From contig OZ240245.1 in assembly GCA_965198175.1 (NCBI GenBank), forward strand, positions 4,704,001-4,768,000: 64,000 nucleotides of DNA, in the 5' to 3' direction. Below the pieces are notes generated by a model. The model saw nothing but the letters and a program-made list of their open reading frames with translations, was not told the DNA's origin and ran no database searches. A program made the translations under genes and the position numbers. The stretch is from Candidatus Poribacteria bacterium (lineage in GTDB: Bacteria; Poribacteria; WGA-4E; PCPOR2b). Shown here one piece after another: positions 49,606 through 60,920 of this stretch (position 1 is its first letter; each line of letters opens with the position of its first letter).

Positions 49606-52600
49606 TTAAAAATAAGATCGCCCAAGTGTCGTTCCAGCGCTAAAGGCATTATAGGGTACACCGGCTGGTAGACTTCGGAAACCCCACGTGTCCGTTGTGG
49701 CATCATACCCAAGTCCAACAGAGGCAGCAGATTCTTCGATGAGGTTAATCTGAAAAATGAAATCTTGACGGACATTATCAGAAGAAATACCGCGCTTAAT
49801 TCCACGGCGATTCCACCGTATTGTCAGATTCCAGTCATGGAGGTTCCGCCGTATTGCAATACTTTGTGAATAGAACTGTTGTTCAATCCAATCGTAAATC
49901 ACGTTGAAGTCAAACTCCAGTAGGCGGCTCGGACGGTAGCTCCAACTCGCAGTGTAATTTCGTCTAGCGCGTCCTGTCCTCTTAGTGAATGAACTTCCTA
50001 AGGATAAATGCCATTTTGTTCTCCTGTACCTGAGATTGGATCGAAAACCAACCATTTTGTATCTTTTTCCATCAATCTCTGATTCATTCGGATTGTGGGT
50101 CGTTCTCATAGTAATCGTCAACTTACGGCTTGCCAGCGGAGTAACCCTAAAATCGCTTTCAATCAGTTCATATTTGCGATTTCTCTCCTTGGCACGTTCT
50201 GAGAAGTCTACCCTTAGCCGTGTGGTGAAGTCCAGAAGTCGGAGTGCAGATTTGCTGCGGCGGGTCTTCACTTCAATACTCGTACGAAAAATATAGGAGA
50301 GATTTTTTCTTTCAAAGAAGTGAGTGCTTGGTCCAAACTGGTAAAGGTTATCTTCCTCCCTTTCAACAGGCGGTTGATAATCCAATTTAAGCCTCGAATC
50401 AATTTGATGGCGCATGCGACGGGCTCCCGGAACGAAGCTGATGTCATAGATTCGAAAGAGGGTATTACTCACAGTTGCCCGTGAGCTATACACACCACGC
50501 AAGATATTTCGGTTGCCAGCTCGGTCTTTCGAGTGCCAAATCAGGTTACTTTGGAAAAGCACATCGAGCTGCAACTCACGATTAGGCATAATTTGTGATG
50601 TCGATTGTTTCCGTAGATCAAAGCCGAGATCCATCGTTTGCAAGAACACATCTTTCTCATTTCCAACTCGTTCACGAAAGAAGTTCCCCAAGGCGGTATC
50701 GAGATCAAAGCTGGTGTTTTCAAGCGTGGGGAAGGCAACCATCGAAAGGATGGGGCGATCGGTGTGCAATTTATTAGAGACCCAGGTTAAACCAGAATTG
50801 AGTGTTTTGAATAATGGCAGCCGATTGAAGCGCATTCGCGACAGTGAGATGGTGAATGCAGGCAGTTTTTGCAAGGTTGTTGTTCCTTCCCCGGTGAGAT
50901 CCAAGGCATGCTTCATCTCTAAACGCCCAAGGAACTCCCCGATGGTCTTCCGCGAGAACTTCAAGTTGCCGTCCTCGTCATAATCCTCCTTATCAACTGC
51001 AGAAAAACCGGACCCCCATGTCACGATGGAAAAGGAGTCAATGGTCGATTCATTTTCTCCTAAACCTTCTTTGAAAGTTCTCGCTCCCCACAGCACACGA
51101 CCCTTCCAACTCACAGGTCGCCGTCCTTTTTCTCGGCTATCCCAAGGAGTATAAATGGTATGGGTGTGCCCCCACCGCATGGTCCATCTTTGCCCGGTTC
51201 TGAAGGGTTTTTTCCGAGAAGATGAATACTGATCCTGTGCGAGAAATAGAAGATCGCCCCTGAAAGTGCGTTTTCTATCAACTCTGACGAGGCGGTACCC
51301 TTTTTTTGTTTTGATAACGCGACTCGATTCACCCCGATAAAGTCGTTGGGTTTGCGAAGCGACGTTTCGTGGCATTTCCCACCTTCCTCGAAAGCCGTGC
51401 TTCTGGTAGACTTGTACTTCTTCCTCTTCTTCGTCCATGGTCTCCGCTTCAGGCGAATCCACTGTGTCGTTAGATTGCGTATCGCGTATTGCGTATTGCG
51501 TGTTTTCCGACTGCGGTTTACCGCTCTTCTCTTCTTCTATCTCCTCTTGCTCTTTCGCGTATTCCTGCGTTTTCATTATCTCTTTTTCTGCTTGCAGAGC
51601 AGCCCATTCAGCTTCAAATTGGCGAGCAATGTCTTCAAAGCTAGGCGTCGGTTCTTTTTCAATCAACTGGAGGATATAAACCCCGAGATCCGTTTTAACC
51701 GGCGGTGTGACTTCCCCCGGCTGCTCAAACCGGCGCACCGAATATCGCCAACGATTGTCCATTTCATTTAATGGCATCCACTCGCCTCTATTGACTCTGG
51801 AAGCCTCTGCTTCTTCGTATTCGGCTGCTAACTGATCGAAAGCCTCACCGGCGCTTGCACGTTCCTGAATTTCTGTTGCTGTAGCTTGAATTGCCTGCCG
51901 GGTTTCGTCACTCGGTTCGACTGCAATGTCAATTCGACGGACCTGAATCTCTCTTTCTCCGTACACTTCAATGGCGTGTTCTACATTTAAAATGTGAAAC
52001 GCAGATTCAGTCCGCAAAATTGGGCTAATTTGTCCCGGTTGTAGTCGGAAAACAGCTTCTTCCAATAGCGGATGAAGTCTCAGTTCACCGTCCCCGTCGT
52101 GTTCTCCACGCACTAAAAAACCCATATCTCCGCCCTGATAACGGGTATCTTGATGGTCAGAACTACTCTGAGCAATCTGAGCAAAATCGGCGTCCTCCGC
52201 CTGGAGTTGTTTGTAGATTTCGTTTGCTTTCTCGTAGGCTCTTGTAACATCCTCCTCCGCAATCTTATACTCCAGGAAAATCTGGCGCAGCTTAAAATTG
52301 TCATACTCCCCTTCCAACCGATCCGACAACTCTTCCGCTTTTTCTTCAAGATTCGCGCGTTCAGTTGGTGTTGCATCAGCGGGAAGGGGAACAAGAATCT
52401 CTTGAAATTTGACATCATTGATACGATATTTTCCCTCGAAACCCCTACCACCGCCGCGGCGAGCACTCTGATCAAGCAGAAGCGCGCCATCATATCGCTG
52501 CCGGCGTGCAAGAGGCAAAATGATGCTAACAAATGGGCCCTGATAGCTATCAGTACCGAGTTTTACAATCACTTTAGCGACTTTATCCTTGCGCAGATCA

Positions 52601-53454
52601 CGGCGGTAGACCGGGAAATAAAAGAGCGGGATGCCGCCCACCTTCAACACGATGTTCTTGGCGATTAACTCTTTATTGACCTTGACTATGATTTTAGAGG
52701 CGCTGAAGTAGAAGTGAGGGTGTTTGAGCGAGCACGTAGTTAGCGAACCGCCGCGGATGTAAGACTCATCCGCTTCAACCTTGAAGATTTCCGATCCACG
52801 GTAATACCAGGGATCGCTATATGTAAATCCATCCCGCACGATTCCTTTTTTGTTTTCAAGATTGTAGACTAATTCGTTCGCGTGTGTTTCCTCATTTTCA
52901 ACGATGAGACGCACATTTCCAGCTGCACGCATGATATTTTCGTCAAAATCCGCCCAAATATGGTCTGCGTGTAGCACAACGTCCTCAAACTTGATGAGCC
53001 CATTGCCGTGAATCTGGACAGTATTGTCTTGGACGAATATCTCATCGCCATCTCCAATGACTTTGCCTTCTTCGGGGGAAGTATTCTCGGGATCAAGTTG
53101 GGACTTGCTCTTTTTTTCTTTGTCTAGGGAAGTCTCTTGGATGTCGGCAGGAGGTTTGGATAGTTTCTTAACATCCGTTGTGGAACCATCTCCATCAGCG
53201 ACAGGCGGGAGATTGTCTTGCGCGGCCAAAGCACAAACAGATGCAAGTGAGAAACAGGCGAGAAATGTTATTGATAATACGTGAAATGTAAAACGTGATG
53301 CATAGACTGTAAAGCGTAAAATGTAATGAGAAAACAGGAAAGCGGGAAATTGAGGAAGTGGAACCCAATTTTCCATCCATTGAAGCATCCACTCATTTGC
53401 GTTGTGACTTGTTAATCTTCCTTTCTTGTTTCTATTTTTTCCCCTCCCTTCCAT
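49606..53454 (-). CDS. lptD: LPS-assembly protein LptD with internal parvulin (PpiC) domain insertion
   Basis: Beta-jellyroll (LHADHI..D..A.GNVRL, YNL..KKG), TTCS..HPHF, A.NIVLKVGGIPLFYFP, C-terminal barrel strands (SIAIRRNLHDWN); ~380-aa parvulin insert. The exact start is uncertain. Confidence 0.8.
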   Translation of the reverse strand: MEGRGKNRNKKGRLTSHNANEWMLQWMENWVPLPQFPAFLFSHYILRFTVYASRFTFHVLSITFLACFSLASVCALAAQDNLPPVADGDGSTTDVKKLSKPPADIQETSLDKEKKSKSQLDPENTSPEEGKVIGDGDEIFVQDNTVQIHGNGLIKFEDVVLHADHIWADFDENIMRAAGNVRLIVENEETHANELVYNLENKKGIVRDGFTYSDPWYYRGSEIFKVEADESYIRGGSLTTCSLKHPHFYFSASKIIVKVNKELIAKNIVLKVGGIPLFYFPVYRRDLRKDKVAKVIVKLGTDSYQGPFVSIILPLARRQRYDGALLLDQSARRGGGRGFEGKYRINDVKFQEILVPLPADATPTERANLEEKAEELSDRLEGEYDNFKLRQIFLEYKIAEEDVTRAYEKANEIYKQLQAEDADFAQIAQSSSDHQDTRYQGGDMGFLVRGEHDGDGELRLHPLLEEAVFRLQPGQISPILRTESAFHILNVEHAIEVYGEREIQVRRIDIAVEPSDETRQAIQATATEIQERASAGEAFDQLAAEYEEAEASRVNRGEWMPLNEMDNRWRYSVRRFEQPGEVTPPVKTDLGVYILQLIEKEPTPSFEDIARQFEAEWAALQAEKEIMKTQEYAKEQEEIEEEKSGKPQSENTQYAIRDTQSNDTVDSPEAETMDEEEEEVQVYQKHGFRGRWEMPRNVASQTQRLYRGESSRVIKTKKGYRLVRVDRKRTFRGDLLFLAQDQYSSSRKKPFRTGQRWTMRWGHTHTIYTPWDSREKGRRPVSWKGRVLWGARTFKEGLGENESTIDSFSIVTWGSGFSAVDKEDYDEDGNLKFSRKTIGEFLGRLEMKHALDLTGEGTTTLQKLPAFTISLSRMRFNRLPLFKTLNSGLTWVSNKLHTDRPILSMVAFPTLENTSFDLDTALGNFFRERVGNEKDVFLQTMDLGFDLRKQSTSQIMPNRELQLDVLFQSNLIWHSKDRAGNRNILRGVYSSRATVSNTLFRIYDISFVPGARRMRHQIDSRLKLDYQPPVEREEDNLYQFGPSTHFFERKNLSYIFRTSIEVKTRRSKSALRLLDFTTRLRVDFSERAKERNRKYELIESDFRVTPLASRKLTITMRTTHNPNESEIDGKRYKMVGFRSNLRYRRTKWHLSLGSSFTKRTGRARRNYTASWSYRPSRLLEFDFNVIYDWIEQQFYSQSIAIRRNLHDWNLTIRWNRRGIKRGISSDNVRQDFIFQINLIEESAASVGLGYDATTDTWGFRSLPAGVPYNAFSAGTTLGRSYF
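51474..51501. repeat. 4 x 7-bp tandem repeat (ATTGCGT) inside lptD
   Basis: attgcgt atcgcgt attgcgt attgcgt; encodes TQYAIRDTQ. Confidence 0.8.
53279..53327. repeat. 7 x degenerate 7-bp repeat (RYGTRAA) in the lptD 5' region
   Basis: acgtgaa atgtaaa acgtgat gcataga ctgtaaa gcgtaaa atgtaat. Confidence 0.65.
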
Positions 53455-53470
53455 TCTGTGTCATCTCTCT

Positions 53471-54787
53471 TTATTCAATCAGTTTGATTTTAACGTATGC
53501 ACCCTTCAGTATCGTATCCGTGTAAGCCTGCCATCCCTCTTGAAATTTTTGCTCACGCAACACGATACGGATTTGGTCTTTTTCTGCCTCAGTAAGTTCG
53601 ACAGGAGATCGGGTGTCAACCATGAAGATGTGTAGCCCATACTTGGTTTTGAGCGGTGGACTATATTCTCCCACAGCAAGTTTCTCAATAACCTTCCGCG
53701 TTTCGGGAATCAAATCGCCGAGCGAACGCACACCAAGATCACCACCATCTGCTTTCGTTTCCAAATCGTCCGAATATTGTCCAACGAGTGTCTTGAAATT
53801 CGCGCCCTGATGTAATTCCTGTAGAATGAGATTAGCACGTTCGTACGCTTTCTGGATGGTTTCTTCACTCGGTTTCAGACGGATAACAAGATAGCGGAAC
53901 GCAATCGTTTGGTCAGTCTTACGCTCAACATTGAAGAGATAAATTCCATCATTCCCTTCGATAGGATGGCTAAGTTCACCGGGGTTTAGTGTAGAAAGCG
54001 CAATACGAAAAGGCTCGGAGAGATTTGCAACTTCTGCAATCGGCCACTGAATTAATTCGCCAACTTTCGATGAAGTAAGCTCCTGATTCTGTTCACCCAC
54101 CGAATAGCGGCGAGCAAGTTCTGCGAAATCCTTTCCAATTTTAATTTCCTGAAGGACAGACTCCATCTTTTGAAGTGCGGCTTGTCGATCGGCTTCACTC
54201 GCCCTGAAAGCAATGAAGATGTGCTTCAAATGCACTTCGTCTGTTTTCGTTGTAAATTGCTCCTGGTTTTCTTCAAAAAACTTCATGACATCTGCATCTC
54301 TGACCTGGAGTTTGGGCAAAACACGTTGCATCAAAAGCCGTTCCGCCATCAGGTTACGCTTTGCCTGCTCTCGAAAGGCAATCGGGGTGTACCCCTCTCT
54401 TTTCAACTGCGCGATGAACTCTTCTTCTGTCTCAACCTTTGCATTTCTCTTAAAGTTTTGGATGTATTGTTCCACTTCCTCATCTGTCACCTCAATTTTC
54501 AGGCTTAATGCAGTTTCTACAAGGAGCATTTGGCGAATCAGCCGGTCGAGCAACTCCGGGCGTTCCTGTTTCGCTCTTTCCAAAGCTTCGCGATGGCTGA
54601 AACGATGTGCGGTCTGCAGTTCCATAGCGCGTTGTTTCACAACGTTTTCGAGTTCCCAATTTGTAATTACGGTGTCGTTGACATAAGCAATAATTTCATC
54701 GAATGTCCGCGCTAGCAGAAAGTTAGGTCCTACTACTACTATAAATAACATCAGGAGAGCTTGGCGAAATAAAGTTGTGGAGTGCAT
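53471..54787 (-). CDS. surA: SurA-like periplasmic chaperone (SurA N-domain plus two parvulin domains)
   Basis: IIAYVNDTVIT..EL, LIRQMLL, DFAELARRYS, YSDD..K..GGDLG...KTKYGLHI. Start ATG 54787 after GGAGG. Confidence 0.75.
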   Translation of the reverse strand: MHSTTLFRQALLMLFIVVVGPNFLLARTFDEIIAYVNDTVITNWELENVVKQRAMELQTAHRFSHREALERAKQERPELLDRLIRQMLLVETALSLKIEVTDEEVEQYIQNFKRNAKVETEEEFIAQLKREGYTPIAFREQAKRNLMAERLLMQRVLPKLQVRDADVMKFFEENQEQFTTKTDEVHLKHIFIAFRASEADRQAALQKMESVLQEIKIGKDFAELARRYSVGEQNQELTSSKVGELIQWPIAEVANLSEPFRIALSTLNPGELSHPIEGNDGIYLFNVERKTDQTIAFRYLVIRLKPSEETIQKAYERANLILQELHQGANFKTLVGQYSDDLETKADGGDLGVRSLGDLIPETRKVIEKLAVGEYSPPLKTKYGLHIFMVDTRSPVELTEAEKDQIRIVLREQKFQEGWQAYTDTILKGAYVKIKLIE

Positions 54788-54882
54788 GTAAAATGTACCT
54801 CCGTAAAATCTAATTCGAAATGTGTATTGGGCATAGGCGTTACGGGTTTCGTTCTCACCTAACACCTAATGCCCAACATACT

Positions 54883-55890
54883 TTACTGTTCCTCAGACAT
54901 GCCTTCACCCGAATCGTCAACGGAAGAAGATTCATCTTCAGTAGTTTCTTGTTCCGTGGCGGCTTCGACTTCCTTTGGTGCCCCTGGAATTCGATCGGTG
55001 TACGTTATAACCTTAGCTCGTTCGCGGAGTCGATCTATCCATGCTTGCATCAATTCCTTACGCGTGTCGCGTTTGACAGCTCTTTCCACGTTGCGGTGCA
55101 CATTTTCTTCCTCAAGTTCTTGTTGGCGTTCTTGTTTATTTTCATCTTTCCGGAAAATCATATAATATGGTCGCCCAAATTCGATAACAATGAGTTCGTC
55201 ACTTGTCTGACCGACCTCCAGATCGAACGCCACATTGACAAAAGGTTGTGCCTCTTCTGGATAGGAGCGGCGTGAAAAGTAACCGGTTGCGCCGGGGTCC
55301 GCAGGGTTTGCCCCTGGCCCTTCCATTTCACCCCTGTCTAACAGTTCTTTGGCAACTTCAACAATATCTCTGCCGTCTTTAATCTGCTGAAGCACTTCCT
55401 CGGCGCGGGCTTTATTTGCAACGGCAATAGCAATCCCCCGTACCTGCTCAGGCTCAACAAATCTGTCTTTATTCTCTTCGTAGTAAAGCCTATAGTCCTC
55501 TTCGGTCGTTTTTAGCTGCTGATCAACTTCGAGTTCGGTAAGCCTATCAACCATCAATTCGTGAAGATAATCGTGCACTTTTTTCAGAATTTCCGCATCT
55601 TCATCGAGTTTTTGATCCTTTGCAAGGCAGAGTATCAAACGACTCTCCGCCATAAGGGTCATATATTCTTTTAGTTCCTCCTTCTCTTTGTACTGTCGTT
55701 TTTTGTAGTCGGGGAGTTCGTTAATCTCCGCTATCATCTCTTCAAGTGTGATTTGATGTTTACCATCCCATTCAAACTCTGCAATCACTGTACCGTCTGC
55801 GCCCGTTGCTTTTCCTCCACATCCACTGAAAGCGATGTTGAGCGCAAACCCGCTAAGCAAAATGCAACCTATACTTCTGAGTATTTTCAC
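54883..55890 (-). CDS. PrsA/PpiC-like parvulin lipoprotein
   Basis: Lipobox FSG-C; YYEENK..F..PEQVR, AF.LEVGQTS. Start GTG 55890 after GGGGG (the track gives 55929). Confidence 0.75.
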   Translation of the reverse strand: MKILRSIGCILLSGFALNIAFSGCGGKATGADGTVIAEFEWDGKHQITLEEMIAEINELPDYKKRQYKEKEELKEYMTLMAESRLILCLAKDQKLDEDAEILKKVHDYLHELMVDRLTELEVDQQLKTTEEDYRLYYEENKDRFVEPEQVRGIAIAVANKARAEEVLQQIKDGRDIVEVAKELLDRGEMEGPGANPADPGATGYFSRRSYPEEAQPFVNVAFDLEVGQTSDELIVIEFGRPYYMIFRKDENKQERQQELEEENVHRNVERAVKRDTRKELMQAWIDRLRERAKVITYTDRIPGAPKEVEAATEQETTEDESSSVDDSGEGMSEEQ

Positions 55891-55976
55891 AATTATGCCC
55901 CCTTTATTGTACTTTTTGGATTTCGTCACACGAAATGAGTAAATACTCTTATGGCGACGAATTCTGCATTTACGTT

Positions 55977-56978
55977 TTACATTTCCTCAGATTTTTCTTC
56001 CGTAGCTTCTTCCTCCGCCGGAGAGGTTTCCTCTTCACTTTCTTCATCCGGTGGAAGCTCGATAATACGTTCTGGGTAAGTCTTGAGTTTACCTTCGGTT
56101 GTAAACGCTTCAACCCACCCTTTGATTCGTTGTCGTTTCTTTTCGCGTTCTACTTGCCGTTCAACGCGACTTCGGACTTCATCTAACTCTTTTTGGCGTT
56201 CAGGTCTGTGATCTCTTTTGCGGAAAATCGTGAAGTAAGTCTTATCACGGACATCAGTTTCAAAGACCTCTTGAGTCATTTCACCAATTTCCATTTCAAA
56301 GAGGGCATCAATAAGCTCACTCCAATCATTAGACTCATCTCGAGAGAAAAAGCGAGTACGCCCAGGCTCCTCTTCGTTGACTCCGGGGCCCTCCAATTCA
56401 CCAACTTCCCAGAGTTCCTTCGCCATTTCGACGATGTCTCTACCGCCTTTAATCTTCTCCAATACTTCTTGTGCCCGGTCTTCATCTAGTAGGGCAATAC
56501 AAGTTGCTTGGACCTCAGGATCATCAATGTATTCATCTTTATTTGCCTTGTAATACTGCTTGATGTCTTCCTCCGTATAGGAGATTTTCTTATCAACCTC
56601 ATTTTCCGTTAGCCGTTCGACCATGAGCTGGTGTTTATAGTCCTCTACCTTTTTAAGGAACCCCTCGTCTTTATCGAATTCCTTCTCAATAGCCGTGAGG
56701 AGTTTCAGCTTTTCGGAGATCAATTCGTCCAGATACTCCGCCTTACCTGCTCTATTTTTGTACTTCTCTTGACGGTGGGGTGGCAACTCCCCAATCGCTG
56801 CCTTCAAATCGGCTAGCGAGATCTGCTTCGGGTTGCCCTCCCAGTTGTATTCCGCCACAATAACTTGCCTTTCATTTACAGACTCTGCGGAAGAATCCGA
56901 ATCCTGCGACTGAACAACCCGCCAAGCGGTTAAACATATTGCCGCAACCACAGCTAAAACACTCAACGTTTTCTTCAT
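55977..56978 (-). CDS. PrsA/PpiC-like parvulin, exported; paralog of the adjacent gene
   Basis: Signal peptide; IKQYYKANK.EY...EVQA, IK.GRDIVE.AKEL...EGPG shared with 54883-55890. Confidence 0.75.
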   Translation of the reverse strand: MKKTLSVLAVVAAICLTAWRVVQSQDSDSSAESVNERQVIVAEYNWEGNPKQISLADLKAAIGELPPHRQEKYKNRAGKAEYLDELISEKLKLLTAIEKEFDKDEGFLKKVEDYKHQLMVERLTENEVDKKISYTEEDIKQYYKANKDEYIDDPEVQATCIALLDEDRAQEVLEKIKGGRDIVEMAKELWEVGELEGPGVNEEEPGRTRFFSRDESNDWSELIDALFEMEIGEMTQEVFETDVRDKTYFTIFRKRDHRPERQKELDEVRSRVERQVEREKKRQRIKGWVEAFTTEGKLKTYPERIIELPPDEESEEETSPAEEEATEEKSEEM

Positions 56979-57345
56979 TGCGTGTTTCTCCTTTCTATAT
57001 TTAGGATTGGGTGTTAGGTGTAGGTAGGCTGTTAATGCCTGAGCCTTGCACCTGCTTTACAGCCCTCTCATTCACAGAACAAGAGACCAAGTGAAAATGT
57101 AGATCTGCCCTGATTGCATCGGGGCGCCAAGAACATGCCACTTCTCCTCGTAAAGATTGATTTGAAATTGCCCGTTGTTCGCGGGTTATGACATCTGCAC
57201 GCCACGGGAATTGAGAGGAAAACCCAACTCCTTCAACGAGCATTTACCCGAATTCGGGCAATTATCAGGGACTTCAGAAACATCAACAATAGAATCTCGA
57301 TTAGCAAAAAGGTAGTCGCTGCTGTAAATCTATCACGTCACGACA

Positions 57346-60300
57346 TCATTTGAACGCTCTGACGAGGATTCGCCTGAGGGCGAGTAAGAGGGGTTTGCCG
57401 ATCAATCCCTTTGTATTGACCATCAGACGACCAGGCGGTGAAAGCGAGAGTCGTCTATCCCCTTGAATCACCTTAACCAGCTTACTGGGGTCAATTCTCG
57501 ACTTCGTTTCATCCAACGTAATCTTGACATTGTCGCCCCCTGAGATAATTTCATCAACACCAAGTGCCTGACATAGTTGTTTAAGTTCAGCAATTTCAAG
57601 CAACATCTCGACAGGTTCAGGAATATTACCATATCGATCAACAATTTCTTCTGAAAGACTTTTTCGATCCGCTTCTGTCCTCAAAGCGGCAATTTTCTTA
57701 TAGAGTGAAACCTTCTGCCGACTGTCGGGCACATACTCATTGGGTAAATAGGCTTCGACAGGCAAGCTGATTCGCGTTTCGACCAGTTCCTCAATTTTTT
57801 CACCCTTAAGCTTGCGTACAGCTTCTTCCAGCAACCTGCAGTACATATCATAGCCAACCGCAGCGATATGGCCGTGTTGCTGGGGGCCAAGAACATTCCC
57901 GGTTCCACGAATTTCGAGATCTCTAAGTGCGATCTTGAATCCTGACCCAAGATCGGTAAACTCCTCAACAACTCGCAGCCGTTTCTGCGCATTCTCGGTA
58001 ATCGCACGCCCCTGTGGGTAGAAAAGGTAACCGTAGGCTTGATTCTGAGCGCGTCCGACCCGCCCGCGCAGTTGATAAAGCTGCGCCAATCCCAGTGCGT
58101 CAGCACGGTTAATCAGAATCGTATTGACGTTAGGAATATCAAGCCCCGATTCGATAATCATGGTGCACACCAAAACGTCGGATTCGTGGTTAATAAAATC
58201 TATCATCACTTTTTCTAGTTCACGCTCGGACATCTGTCCATGCGCTACGCTCACCCGGGCTTGCGGCACAAGGTCTTGAACTGCAACAGCAATAGTTGCG
58301 ATGCTCTGGACACGATTGTGGACAAAAAAGACCTGTCCACCCCGCTCCATCTCGCGTAAAATCGCATCTCTTGCCACATCGGGATTGTATTCCATCACGT
58401 AGGTCTCAATCGGCAGACGATTTTCAGGGGGTGTGTTAATCACACTAAAGTCGCGGATACCGATTAGGGACATATGTAGTGTACGTGGAATCGGCGTTGC
58501 TGTCAAGGTGATGACATCAATCACTTGCTTAATCTGCTTGATTTTCTCTTTATGTTTGACACCAAAGCGATGCTCTTCATCAATTACCAGCAGACCTAAA
58601 TCGTGAAACTTGAGGCTATCCGACAGTAAGCTATGGGTGCCGATGACAATGTCAACCGTACCTTTTTCTAAACCTGCTTTCACCATTTTCGATTCTTTAT
58701 TCACTCGGAAGCGCGTCAGCATTTCGACACTAACGGGAAAGGGTTCAAATCGCTTCTGAAACGTGTTAAAATGTTGTAGTGCGAGAACTGTCGTCGGCAC
58801 GAGAACAGCAGCTTGTTTACCATCCATTACCGCCTTAAACGCCGCTCGAAGCGCAACTTCTGTCTTGCCATATCCCACATCTCCGCAGATTAACCGATCC
58901 GTTGGGAGTGACCGCTCCATATCCTCTTTTACTTCTTCAATCGCTTGAAGTTGATCGGGAGTTTCTTCATAAGGAAACATCGCCTCAAATTCCCGCTGCC
59001 AAGATGTATCCGGCGAAAAAACATACCCTTCTCGCGCTTCACGAATTGCATAGAGTTGAAGTAGTTCTTCCGCCATTTGTTCGATAGACGCTTTCACCCT
59101 GGATTTAATCCGCTGCCACGATGTCCCACCAAGTTTGTCTAGTCGAGGGTCCTTGCTCTCATCATCTCCACCGATATACTTTTGAACGAGATTAATCTGG
59201 TGAGTGGGAACGTAAAGTATATCGCCGCCCGCATAGTTCAGAACCAAAAAATCCTGAGGCTTTCCGTCAATATCCAAGCGGCGAATGCCTGCATAGATAG
59301 CGATTCCATGCGATACATGTACAACATAGTCGCCCTCTTTGAGATCAATCAAATTCAGAATCGGTGCGCCTTCTTTGAAATCGGTGGGACGGCGCCGCCG
59401 ACACTCACGACCAAACACCTCATCATCAGTAATGACAACGAACTTATGTTCCTTACTGAGAAACCCCTCGCTGATGCTGCCAATCTCTACAGCAGTTTGG
59501 GCTGTGAGCAACTTTCGATCCGCCAGAATTTCACTCATCCGATTGGCGCCCGCAGAATTGTCACAGAAGATGTTAACAAAATAGCCTTCATCCGTCCACC
59601 CTTTGATCTGGTCCATGACCATCTGAAGGTTCCCACGATGCACTCCTGGTGAACGCATACCAAAGTCGATTTCGGCGATACGCTCACCCAAAGCGAGTTT
59701 GGGGCGCGCCAACGATGTGCGAATCAAGGGATAACGCTGTAAAGCGGGGATGACTGATTCAAAGGGTGCAAATGTCTCATTGGATGGAGTCATGAATCGA
59801 TCTTGTTCCAGCTTTCTCTCGTAAAGCACCTTCGCTTGCTCGATGGTTCGCTTTCCCTCTCTTATCACCCAGGCTGGTTCGACGAGAATGACAATCGTCG
59901 ACCTGGAAAGATAATCGGTAAGAAGGCTAGGATTCGGGTATAACATTGGAAGAAGAGATTCAATTCCTTCCAGATCCGTCCCGTCCTCAAGGCGTTGCGT
60001 TATTTCATGAATCGCGTTTCTATATTTCGGCGATGGATTCGTTTCAACTAATTCATCTGCGCGTGTTTTCCACAAAGTAAGCGCATCGGGCGTCAAGATG
60101 ACCTCACGCATTGGACTCAAGACAATTGATTTCAGGTCCGCTATGGATCGCTGTGAGGACAGGTCAAAGGTGCGAATAGCATCAATTTTGTCGCCCCAAA
60201 AATCAATGCGGATGGGGTTATCAGCAATCAACGGATAAACGTCCAAAATATCACCACGACGCGCAAACTCTCCTTTGACCTCAACGAGGCTAACCCGTTC

Positions 60301-60879
60301 ATAGCCACCGCGCAGGAGCAACGCGATGATTTCATCGGGCGCGGTTTCGTCACCAACCCGTAAGGTTTCGAAAAAAGCAGATAAAACCGATTTGGGAGCA
60401 ATCCGGTGCATTAACGCCTTAATTGATGTGACGGTAGTCGTACAATGACCCTCCAGCAAATGACGCAAACAGGTCATTCGCTCCGCAACAATTTCCTTGG
60501 TCGGGGAAATGCCTTCATAGAAGAAGTTTCGCCACTCCGGGAAAAACAGAGCGTCCTCAAAACCGTAGGCAGGGATATCCTGAACAACTTTTTCAGCCTC
60601 ATGATGTGAAGGGAGGACAACGAGGAAAGACGCGTTGGGAAGATCCGATGCAAGTGTACTTAGTAAGTAGGCAACTGATGTACCATGCAACCCTGTCAAC
60701 CATGGAGCGCTCAATGTAAGATTATTGGGATTGTCGCTGCAAGTCATCCCATCATTTAGCGTGGGGAATTGTTCTGGCTGGGTGAGCGGGTCAGTTTGAT
60801 GTGCAGAAGTTTTATGGATGTTAGATAGAATTTTAACAAGAGATTGATAGCTATCCGTCCGACGAAGATAATCTTTCAT
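57346..60879 (-). CDS. mfd: Transcription-repair coupling factor
   Basis: [57 protein letters not shown] motif. Confidence 0.97.
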   Translation of the reverse strand: MKDYLRRTDSYQSLVKILSNIHKTSAHQTDPLTQPEQFPTLNDGMTCSDNPNNLTLSAPWLTGLHGTSVAYLLSTLASDLPNASFLVVLPSHHEAEKVVQDIPAYGFEDALFFPEWRNFFYEGISPTKEIVAERMTCLRHLLEGHCTTTVTSIKALMHRIAPKSVLSAFFETLRVGDETAPDEIIALLLRGGYERVSLVEVKGEFARRGDILDVYPLIADNPIRIDFWGDKIDAIRTFDLSSQRSIADLKSIVLSPMREVILTPDALTLWKTRADELVETNPSPKYRNAIHEITQRLEDGTDLEGIESLLPMLYPNPSLLTDYLSRSTIVILVEPAWVIREGKRTIEQAKVLYERKLEQDRFMTPSNETFAPFESVIPALQRYPLIRTSLARPKLALGERIAEIDFGMRSPGVHRGNLQMVMDQIKGWTDEGYFVNIFCDNSAGANRMSEILADRKLLTAQTAVEIGSISEGFLSKEHKFVVITDDEVFGRECRRRRPTDFKEGAPILNLIDLKEGDYVVHVSHGIAIYAGIRRLDIDGKPQDFLVLNYAGGDILYVPTHQINLVQKYIGGDDESKDPRLDKLGGTSWQRIKSRVKASIEQMAEELLQLYAIREAREGYVFSPDTSWQREFEAMFPYEETPDQLQAIEEVKEDMERSLPTDRLICGDVGYGKTEVALRAAFKAVMDGKQAAVLVPTTVLALQHFNTFQKRFEPFPVSVEMLTRFRVNKESKMVKAGLEKGTVDIVIGTHSLLSDSLKFHDLGLLVIDEEHRFGVKHKEKIKQIKQVIDVITLTATPIPRTLHMSLIGIRDFSVINTPPENRLPIETYVMEYNPDVARDAILREMERGGQVFFVHNRVQSIATIAVAVQDLVPQARVSVAHGQMSERELEKVMIDFINHESDVLVCTMIIESGLDIPNVNTILINRADALGLAQLYQLRGRVGRAQNQAYGYLFYPQGRAITENAQKRLRVVEEFTDLGSGFKIALRDLEIRGTGNVLGPQQHGHIAAVGYDMYCRLLEEAVRKLKGEKIEELVETRISLPVEAYLPNEYVPDSRQKVSLYKKIAALRTEADRKSLSEEIVDRYGNIPEPVEMLLEIAELKQLCQALGVDEIISGGDNVKITLDETKSRIDPSKLVKVIQGDRRLSLSPPGRLMVNTKGLIGKPLLLALRRILVRAFK

Positions 60880-60920
60880 AATGTATTACGAATCCACCGA
60901 ATCCAAGCGGAGGAAGCGGC

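Noticed and set aside
57001..57345. ncRNA or small ORF between mfd and the parvulin genes
   Set aside because: No recognisable RNA family; the 80-aa ORF lacks motifs and overlaps heptamer repeats.
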